A stretch of 62,451 nucleotides of DNA, the filler included, from Choristocarpus tenellus KU-1152 (Eukaryota > Protista > Phaeophyceae): assembly GCA_964200185.2 (NCBI GenBank). It is 8 parts of 8 records of this genome, joined end to end, with 100 filler letters (N's around TTAATTAATTAA, not from the genome) between each part and the next. Parts side by side here need not be neighbours in the genome. Positions count along the whole stretch, not along the records: positions 51,287 to 54,341 come from CAXNAD020022635.1; positions 54,442 to 58,936 come from CAXNAD020014295.1; positions 59,037 to 62,451 come from CAXNAD020020196.1; 5 more parts are not named here. One strand, 5' to 3'. A program made the position numbers and the translations under genes. Position 1 is the first letter of the stretch, and each line of letters begins with the position of its first letter. Positions 53,128 through 62,451 of this stretch are shown piece after piece. The notes under the pieces are model-generated. The model did not search any database and was not told where the DNA came from. It saw only the letters and a list, made by a program, of their open reading frames with translations.

Positions 53128-54049
53128 GTGCTGCTATTACCCCTTGTGTAATTGTAGAAGGTAGATGTTGGAGAGGGTTTGTTCCAGCAGGCAGTGCAAT
53201 CATTAGTACTCTTGAGTATATAGAGTTTGATACAATATGCTTGACCTGACCTAAAACTGTTTTAGTTGCAGGCACGTGAGTTTTTTTTTCCAAATTTGAG
53301 GTTTAAATTGTGATTTTGTAAAGCAGAAAATTGACCTTGGCACATGTAGGTGACAAGGTTGTTGAAAGTGTTAAAATCGTCTGTAGAATTGAGAGTAGTA
53401 ATTTTTTGTTTTATTTTTTGTGATCTGGGGGGTATCTATCTTCTGAACCAGAATATGAATAGGTGTTGGCAAAATACTGGAAGTTAGTTGTTTTGCTCAG
53501 ATACTGCTAGTCCATGGCCAAAATGCTGTGATGTGGATAGAGCGCTCATTTCAATGCTTCGCATCCTCAACACGGAAAATTGAAGCAGGTGGTCCAGCAA
53601 AAGATATCACTTGGTTTGGAACATTGTTTGGACCAAGTGCCTGTGAAATACACTGGGACTCCTTCTGATTGTCATTAGAAGGGAGGGGTACTTCTCCTCA
53701 ACAGATAATGCTCTTCCCAAAAGCTTTTTTTTGTGTTCATGTTGAAGAGGTCATAAACAGCAATTGACTTCCTTGCACAAGCATTATCTTGCTTTTGGGA
53801 ATATATAGACCAAAAAAATATTCTTGCTTATAATCTTGAACGTAGAGGAACGGATATCCAACTGAATGGGATGGTCCAAGATGTTGTCAACTGTGTCACA
53901 ACACACTTTCGTTTTCCTGGAAACCTGGTCACAAAGCACCTCCAGCTCACCCTGAATCAACCCAAGCCCCCTCGCAGGCTAGAGCCTTACTCTTCACACA
54001 CACACCCTTCCAGTCCAGGAAGGTGAATTTTATTAAACACTGATGAGAA

Positions 54050-54213
54050 TAATAAAGGGTGGGGGGGTGGGGGTGGTTGTGAGGGGGCATCCGTTTCGGT
54101 CAAACAACTATTTTTTTTGCTGACATTTCAAATCCGACATGTGCAACCAAATCACACTAAAAGAAGGGTGAAAAACGGACGCCGATACCCCCCCCCCCCA
54201 GATACTTTGACCC
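54050..54213 (+). mobile_element. ~165-bp MITE with poly-G TIRs (GGG...CCC terminus; left end degenerate)
   Basis: Right end AAACGGACGCCGATA-C(n)-AGATACTTTGACCC. The left G-rich end GTTGTGAGGG matches the terminus at 1-34. Confidence 0.6.
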
Positions 54214-55044
54214 AAATTCTGAATTAACATTTTCAGACGAGGGTCAAGCATTAATTTAATCGCGCACTACCTTAAAGTGGTAATAATTCCTGAATTTAAA
54301 GAAGAGATTTAATAGAAGGTTTGTTATCAGATAATTGGTAANNNNNNNNNNNNNNNNNNNNNNNNNNNNNNNNNNNNNNNNNNNNTTAATTAATTAANNN
54401 NNNNNNNNNNNNNNNNNNNNNNNNNNNNNNNNNNNNNNNNNCCCAAGGTAAGAGAGCAAGATTCCACGTCTGGAGGAACCCCTAAAGAGGCGGGGGCAGG
54501 GGGGGGGGGGGCAGAGGGGGGAGCGGGGCTAGGGGGAAAGGGGAAGAACAAGAGGAAGGCTATGTCAGATGGCTCAGGGGAAGGGGAAGGGGAAGGGGAA
54601 GGCGTGTTGGAAGGCTCGGGGGAGGGGAGGATCCTGCCACTAACGGAGAGGTTACTCTTTGGTACACAGGTGAGGGATTGAGGGTTAGGGCTTTGGGGGA
54701 ATGGTGGTTTGAGGGGTCTGGGTTAGGACTGTTGTGACTGGGTGTACAGACAATGGTAAATGAACCAGTATATGTGTATGTTTGTAGATGTAGATATATT
54801 GAGGAGGGACACATGCTTGTATCAGTGGGCAGGTGAAGGGTTGAGGTTGGAGTTTGAGAGAGGGTGGAGGAGGTGGGGGGTTGAGGGTGAAGGGTAAGGA
54901 TAGGGGAAAATGGTTCCAGAGAATCGATATGCTCTCCTATGTATAGATAGATGTATAGATGTATAGTATATATTGGTGTTTTGTGTGTAATACTCTGTTT
55001 GAATGGATTTAATTGATCTTGTTTCATTTCGGCAACATGTTCTA

Positions 55045-55078
<34 letters not shown>

Positions 55079-55168
55079 GTTGTTGTATTATCCCTTTGGA
55101 CACTCACACTCACACTCACACACACACACATACGCACACACATTTGTTCCCTATCTTTTTTTTTGAAG

Positions 55169-57317
55169 GATATGTACCTCTTGATGCGAATGCATCACGT
55201 ACTGGCGGAAAGATTGGGCCAGGCGGTGTGTCTAGCTTCAAATGCTGTGAACAAGGTGCACCAGGTATGATTGATGACATTTATTGACATTTATTGACAT
55301 TCATTGACATTCATTGATATTTATTATCATTCATTGACATTCATTGACATTTATTGACATTCATTGACATTTATTATCATTCATTGGTACGTTTGGAGTC
55401 CCTTCTTCTGTTTTTATTTTTACATATGTAAGTAGTTGCTCTTCACAGATCTTTGTATGTTTGGTGCTGTGGACTTCTGCCTAGCAGTGGAGTTGAATTT
55501 TTTGAGGACACAGGGGTTGTTTTGTTTCTTTTTTTTTTGTGATGATAGAGTCAGTCCTGTTGACGTTTTTGCGCATTTTTTTTTCAAATCTTTAGACAGG
55601 ATTGTAGCGGCCTCCAAATGAAATAAAAAATAACTATGCATGCTGTCGGTGCAATAATAAATAAAATGGTAGTAGTAGTAGTACTATTAATAATAATAAC
55701 GGTATTAATACTACTACAATTAATAATAATAATAATAATGGTAGTAACAATAGTGATAATATTATCTGACTGGGCATAGTTGTACGGTCATACCTGGGAG
55801 GTATGCGACCTCTTGACTTGACATGTCAAGTGGTGTGTTGTGATGACCCTTGTATGATGATGAGGAGAGGAGTGATGGACTTGTATTATATGATTCTGTT
55901 CTGTGAAGTATTGGGATGCTACTGATCTAATGGGGCAGGTGATTGTGTGATTGTCTCTGGTCCTGGTAGAATAGTGGTCTCTCAGTAGTCGGCATATTTT
56001 GGTTCTTTTTGTAATGGAGGTGTGGGCAAGAGGTTCTTGGAATGTGTTTTTATTTTTTGTGTAAATGTGTTCTAATATCTACAGGAGAAAGGGGAGAGGG
56101 GTGGTATGAACATTGTTACAGGTATCCACTGCTTAGGTCTAGTGACATGTTAGGCATTATATTTTTAATAGTTACGTATTATTTATTTTACAGAAATATT
56201 ACCTGGTTTGATGTAGAGGTTTATAAGAATAGCGTGTAGAATAATGTTTGCTGTCATTATATGTGTAAGTATCTGTATTATTGTTACTAGTATTATTATT
56301 TTATTGTTATTTTACTGTTACTATCATTGTTATTTTTATTATTGTTATTATTTTTGTTTGTAATGGTTGACTGTTACATTACCAGGGCCTTTTGTCTGTT
56401 GGGGCAGTTAGCACCAGGGAGGTGACTAGAGCCAGTTTGTTAGTAGTGTGTCGATTTTGAGGATGAATCATAGATTCCTGCCAACGATGTGTTGGAGGAA
56501 TTGGCGGATTGGTATGTAAGGTATACCAATATTTGTATATATACCAATGGCGGTTTAAGGACTACCACCAACATACACATAATGCATATACCGATGATGG
56601 TATGTATGTTCAATGCTTCATACCACCATCAAGTTCTTTCAGAGTTTGTTGGTTAGTGTGACTCCTATCACTTATGTATGTACTTCCATTGTTAGTGTGA
56701 CTCCTATCACTTATGTATGTACTTCCATTGTTAGTGTGACTCCTATCACTTATGTATGTACTTCCATTGTTAGTGTGACTCCTATCACTTATGTATGTAC
56801 TTCCATGGTTAGTGTGGCCGAGGGCTGGGCCATGGTCATGGTCATGGTCATGGTCATGGTCCAGACATGTTGAAGACAGTTTTTGACTTTTGACTGGCCT
56901 TGCTAGAATAGAACATGGTGGAATTGGGTTGGCTCTAGGCTCTGCTGTGTTGGAACAGGCGATTGCCTTGGATAAGGAAGAGTTTTAACCGGACTGGCTT
57001 GGTTAGGAGGGTTTAGGCTGTTCAGGTCGAAATCTGTCTCACATAATCTAGAAATACTTATGGGAATAGTAGTGTTTTATATGTATTCCTTAAGAGACCC
57101 TTGCTTCCACATTGTGAATAGATCTGTTGGGACTGGAATGGTGGGCTGGTTTGGTACTGTAGTTCTTTTGATCTGCCCGCCAGGTTCTAATCATTGGGAC
57201 CTGGTCCGGTCCCACCATTTAATCGGACTGATTGATCCCTCTTTGTATTTGCCCTACCTGACGAAAGACTCTGATTTAGTTAAGCCTAATAATAGTGGTT
57301 TGACGCACTGTACAATC

Positions 57318-57349
<32 letters not shown>

Positions 57350-57556
57350 TGTATGTATGTATTAAAAAAAATATATATGCGGGCGCCGTGTTGAAATGAA
57401 ACGGAACAGTTTACTCATCATGTACCTATCTCCCCCCCCCCCCCTCCCCCGCCAACTCCCCTCACATGTTTGTTGATGTTCTGCGATTGGTCTTGTCCCC
57501 CTCGATTCAATTATTTTATTTTCTTATTATTATTCCCTGTGCCGTGCTGTGCTGTG

Positions 57557-57597
<41 letters not shown>

Positions 57598-58842
57598 TAA
57601 ATTGTTGGTGATAATAATAATAATAATATTAATATTAATATAAAAGAGCGAGCATCCTCTGAAGATGTCGGCCCAGGTGAATGCAGAGACAGATGAGGAG
57701 AGGTTGGCGGCGTTTCTTAACATGGAGCTGCCTCTGAAGGGGAAGGGTTTGAAGGGGTATGAGGGCTTCTTGGCTATCATTTATGCTCACTTGGAAACCC
57801 CAAACAATGAGGTGTCGTGGTGATGAATGACTCGATGGATGTGGTGGACGTCTTTTTTTTTTCCTTTTATATTTTTTTCCCTTAGGGTTGGGGTTAGGGT
57901 TGAAGTTTTGTTATTATTATTATCATTATTTTGATTTGGTCAGGGAAGCTAGCAGGAAAGTTTTTGCCATTTGATGCAGATGCAGTTTTCCCGTGTAAGT
58001 GGCATTTGTTTTTCTGTTCTTTTGTAGGCGTATGGGAATTGTTGGGGGTTAGTTTGGCGTTTGTTTGAGGAACAGATGGTGTGGGTGGATGGTTTCTTTA
58101 TTTAGTTGTTGCTGTCGCTGTTACTGTCACTGTCAAAGTATATCAGAATAGGTCAAAATATGTCAAAATATGCAGTTGCCGTTCTTCGAAGAAGAAAAGT
58201 CCCTTGTGAGTGTATTTGCATTGTGATGGAATGAACAGCATTTTGTACAGAACACTAGAAATGAAGAGGAAAACAATGTGAGTTTAATATATTTTTTAAT
58301 ATGTAAGTGGAATGAAAAAGGAAGTGAATGTTTTTTTTTATGTTTTTCTTGAAAAAATAAAATGCCTGCTGTGTGTTACGTACTCTACTTTAGGAGTGAA
58401 GAGGTAAAAGAAAAATAGTTTTAAAATAAAAAATAGAAGCGGAATGAAAATAAATATATATATTGTATTGTTTGTTTTTCTACAAAGAACGATGGGCTAC
58501 ATACAAGTTGGATTGCGTATTGTGTGTGTTTTTTATGTTTTATGGTTTTTATTTTTTTTAGCACAGGTGGGAGAGTTCAGTGTGTACTGACTGTATGGCG
58601 TTATTTCTGTTTGATGTTTTTTTGTGCTGTCTCCGAAGGTTGGTGAGTTTTTCTTTTTTAAATACACTGCTGGTTGTTGCAATTTATTTTTTTATGTTTT
58701 TTATATTTTTTCTTGTTATGTCGTGTGTTTTTAATTTTAATTTTTTAATTTGACTGGGGGTGACTGTAAGAAGGCCAAGCTGGAGGATGCTGTGCAGATG
58801 ATGGTGGGGAATGAAGCCTACATGCTCTTCGCCCTGGATAAG
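55169..58842 (+). CDS. SIN3: Sin3 co-repressor, C-terminal-domain exons (55169-55264, possibly 56474-56515, 57647-57811, 58771/58774-58842); partial
   Basis: DMYLLMRMHHVLAERL, GYEGFLAIIYAHL and AKLEDAVQMMVGNEAYMLFALDK match the Sin3 C-domain pattern (YxFxRLHxxLxERL; YxxFLxxxxxLL; xxEDxxRxxxGxxAYxxFTxDK). Phase-0 GT-AG exons. Confidence 0.8.
55273..55386. repeat. 10-bp tandem repeat (TGACATT[TC]AT) in Sin3 intron
   Basis: About 11 adjacent copies. Confidence 0.9.
56652..56816. repeat. 39-bp near-perfect tandem repeat x4 (GTTAGTGTGACTCCTATCACTTATGTATGTACTTCCATT)
   Basis: Four head-to-tail copies plus a partial fifth, with no spacers. Confidence 0.95.
57318..57597. repeat. (TATG)n at ~57318-57362 and (TG)n at ~57557-57596 microsatellites
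   Basis: Direct inspection; another (TG)n run lies at ~14831-14855. Confidence 0.9.
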
Positions 58843-60266
58843 GTACAGTATACCTTTTTCCTACCCCCCCCCCCATTTCCCCCCCCCCCCCCCCCCCCAC
58901 TTGCATCTCTTCTTCTTCCTTCCCCCCCCAGACCCCNNNNNNNNNNNNNNNNNNNNNNNNNNNNNNNNNNNNNNNNNNNNTTAATTAATTAANNNNNNNN
59001 NNNNNNNNNNNNNNNNNNNNNNNNNNNNNNNNNNNNCCGCATCAACTACAATCAGAACACCTTAGTACAGAACAGTCGCTCTGCGTTCCACACAAATAGT
59101 ATAGTATAGTGTACGTCACTTGAGTTGCACGACATATTGTTTCAATTTTGTTCTGTTGTTCTGCTGTTTGTTTTTCTTTCACTATTTCTTCTTATCAGCA
59201 GAAGATGACAGTTATACATTGATGGTTAATTATTATTCTTTCGTGACTGCCATTGATCCCTCAAATTGCGTCAACGCCACTCTGCAAACTGTGTATATCA
59301 AACACAAACATGGATGTAATATGATCAAGAGTTAAACCATCCGCGGAAACCCTTGCCAGTCAAGGTAACAAGCCTCTCCACAGAGCATGGACTTCTTTCG
59401 TTGAGTATCACATGAAAGAACACTGAATTTACATCACATCATTCTGGACTGAGCAACCAAGAATACTGAATTCACATCGCATCATTCTTGACTGAAAGAT
59501 CAGTTACCTCAGTCACAACAGAATAAATACATCGGTGCTTTGCAGCACAATCACACCTATCCATAACATAGACTACGCATATCACTCATCGGTGCTTTGC
59601 AACATCATGGTTCCTCATCGCTAGTAGTCTACATATTTTGCTTACGTACGATGCACTCGATTCAGGTTTCAACATATATGGAGGATGTAAACACTAGGCC
59701 AGCTTGCCAACAGAGATATGCTGTCTCGATCAGCTATATGTTCTAGGAAGTTGTAGATATTCCACAGGCAATAGAACTTGCTGGTCCATGCACTTCAACA
59801 GTACTACGTCAGCACCTTTTTTTTTTTCACCCAGTTGAAGGCCATTCAACCTCTTATCAACATCATTGTCGATAATATGATTCTCATAACAACAGGGTAA
59901 AACGCTCTATGATACCTCATGCTGTAAAACTTTTCAATTACATTATTGAAAATACTGCAAAACAGGCCCTCTATTTATTCCATATTTTCCATTTAACTTT
60001 CACCCTCAATGATGCACTGACTTCTTATTGTTTGATAGGAGCTGCGACACATGCCAACGTATCTTTCCCCCCCTCCCCCCCTTTCCTATGGAACGAGAAG
60101 TAGTAGGTGGTGGTAGAGATAGGTTTAGCATGACCCCTAAACCATGGGATATACCATGGGAGAAGGACGAGATGGAATCAGGGTGCCAGGGGTACCACCA
60201 ATATTTATCATGTGGGTGGGCTGTAAAACTCTCTAGCTGACTTTGTTCAGAATGAGATCAGTGAAT

Positions 60267-60524
60267 GAGTCAAAGTATCTTAGAGGCTACGACCGCGTCC
60301 AAATGAGGGAGAAAATCCAATGTTGCGATTTTGACGTAATTTTGGCTATTGCGTTTATTAGGAAGCGTCAATATCCTTGTTCTGGACACAATTTCTCATA
60401 ACGTATACATTTTACCTACTCCAAAACATTTTGGAGTAGGAAAATGTCATAAAAAAGTCCTGGGAAGTCAAGCCCCAAACAGACAAACAGGGCAAAACTC
60501 GTACCCTCTGAGATACTTTCACTC
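60267..60524 (-). mobile_element. ~258-bp MITE, copy B (inverted)
   Basis: GAGTCAAAGTATCTTAGAGG ... TACCCTCTGAGATACTTTCACTC; reverse complement is colinear with copies A and C. TSD imperfect (GAAT/AATA). Confidence 0.88.
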
Positions 60525-60693
60525 AATAGAGGATTGGTGATAATGCCGTGTAATCTGAGCGAATAATGTGTCACATCCCAATGTACCCGGTTCAACAATA
60601 TCAAGCGCTAGTTAACAATGTTTGTGTAACCTATGTGGCTATTTGAGTGTTTGATTGGCTAGGTCTAATTTTTTTCATGTGTTTTTTTTTCAG

Positions 60694-61570
60694 ATTAGTA
60701 CAATTTTATAAACCTTTGGAAGTCCCAGAGTACTTTGAATCGAAGCCGTTGACTTGAAGCGCTTTGCAGCGTCAAGTTCAATGAGGAGTTGCTACTTGCG
60801 TCGCTAAGGAGCATCGTTAGAGGTCAAGAAACTGATCCCAACCTGCAAAATCTACAAGACCTAGCTCCTGATCTATCTGAGTACAGCCCCTTTGTAATTT
60901 ATATATTAGCCAATAATATTGTTTCCCATATTTGGTACCTATATCAAGCACTTTCAATATTCTCTGCAATATACATCTTGTTGATTTTAGAGATTCAGAG
61001 TGGGCTTGGTTTCTTAATTTGCGCTGACATTGTTGTGCATTAGCTTAGCCCCCCAACTTCCCCTCTTCTTCCTGGCCAATCCATCTCTATGCAATGTCCT
61101 TATCTCCCTGCTCAATACTGCTTCTGTACGCTGCCTAGGCATTAACTGGTAAACCTTCAAGGTATAGATGGTGTGGGCTCTGATGCACCTTGTACCTCTC
61201 CTCTTCGAAAAGATTCCTCTTTTCTCGACATACACTGATCAGAACTACACTAACATTGATTGGTCAATGTATAAATCCTGTGACACTGACATTGAACAGC
61301 AACTATGTTTAGTGTCACATACAATTATCATAGTTGTGCGTCTCCTTTCAACATTCTCCCTCCCCACCCGATCACCCCTCCCTACCCCATTCCCCTTCTA
61401 TCGGATTGTGCAGTACCTCTCTGCTTTTCATGCCATCCCATTTCACAACATGTCAGCAGAGGCTGTAGCAATTGCTGATCGCCTGGTGATTCCCAGTCCT
61501 AGTCAAAAGGACGAAATTAAGACCTTCCTCACTGAACGATTTACAACAAATCATGACCGAATACACAAGG
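60694..61570 (+). pseudogene. Possible decayed spliced gene of unknown function
   Basis: Exon-like segments (LCSVKFNEELLLASLRSIVRGQETDPNLQ; IPLFSTYTDQNYTNIDW; EAVAIADRLVIP...HDRIHK|GT) with AG/GT borders. In-frame stop in the first segment; no recognisable domain. Confidence 0.25.
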
Positions 61571-61888
61571 TGTGTTTATTGCTATTCTGAGGGCAGGATT
61601 ACTCAGTAGTGGTCAGACACAAGATAACTTCTGGTCCAACTTCTTGCCTGGTCTGCCAATTTGTTTCTTCTGCCATTGCGGTGTAAGGTATGTACTGTAT
61701 GTGTGATAAAACCTAGAGAGTTACTGGGGTTGTGCCCTAGTCAGTATAAGGCCTCCTTCTACCAAGAGGAATTGTTATATCAAGAGAAACCGATTGAGTG
61801 CAAGACTGTTCAAGGGTTAGAATGGACATGTGGGTGATACATCTGTCTTCAGGTGTATGATGTGCAAACATACATTGGGATATGGATA

Positions 61889-62147
61889 GAGTGAAAGTAT
61901 CTTAGAGGGTACAAGTTTTACCCTGTTTGTCCATTTGGGACTTGGCCTCCCTCGGGGTTTTTTATGGCATTTTCCTACCACAAGATATTTCGGAGAAGGT
62001 AAAATGTATACGTCATGAAAAGGTGTGTCTGGAACAAGGATATTGACACTTCCTAACAAACACGATAACCAAAATTACATCAAAATCGCAACATTGGATT
62101 TTGGACCCCAAATGGACGCAGCTCTACCCTCTAAGATACTTTGACTC
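61889..62147 (+). mobile_element. ~259-bp MITE, copy C (23-bp TIR, 4-bp TSD GATA)
   Basis: GATA|GAGTGAAAGTATCTTAGAGGGTA ... TACCCTCTAAGATACTTTGACTC|GATA. Confidence 0.92.
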
Positions 62148-62451
62148 GATATTTTTATACTGTGTATATGGTACAACTTCCTTCAAACTCAACAAGAATT
62201 TTCTCAACTGAGACTTTAGATGCAATTTCATTTTGCTTCATTTTCGGCAACCTGATCTTGATTACCATGCCTTACAAATACATGTAACAGTTGGTTGCCT
62301 GATTTATGTGAACAAGGTTTCGAAACAACAAATTAACCACATTTATACTGCGCCAAGGGTTAGAATTGTGGTAGAATTGTTACAGGCGAGTAGCGCGAGC
62401 TTTTCTTCTTGTATTTCAAAGAAGTGCAAACGTTTGTTACACGCGAATAGC

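Noticed and set aside
56652-56816. 39-bp repeats as a CRISPR array
   Set aside because: Head-to-tail copies without unique spacers, inside a eukaryotic intron, with no cas genes.
57881-57902. TTAGGG-like telomeric motif (also ~7303-7316)
   Set aside because: Only 2-3 imperfect units at internal positions.

Overview
Eukaryotic, intron-rich genomic DNA, most consistent with a stramenopile and probably a brown alga; this is inferred from gene structure and TE types, not verified by search. The window is not contiguous: it is 8 contigs joined by 100-bp artificial linkers (N44-TTAATTAATTAA-N44). Manually spliced host genes: a PH+FYVE protein (partial), a complete 8-exon twinfilin, the 3' part of an RPAP2/Rtr1-like protein, the 5' part of ATG2 (10 coding exons) and internal exons of Sin3. 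Mobile DNA: a full-length decayed DD39D-type mariner (TIRs + TA TSD), an intron-rich Sola-like DDD transposase, a ~258-bp MITE family with GAG..CTC termini and 4-bp TSDs plus related poly-G termini, and Ty3/gypsy and RTE-LINE remnants. The most unusual observations are (i) a 60-nt copy of a CCA-ended tRNA-Ser(GCT) that stops at G26, located in a transposase intron and laid out like a greatly extended primer-binding site; (ii) the spliced Sola-like transposase with its candidate MITE family; (iii) a hairpin-unit tandem array upstream of twinfilin; (iv) CpG-island-like gene starts in otherwise CpG-poor DNA. No prokaryotic system or true CRISPR array is supported.
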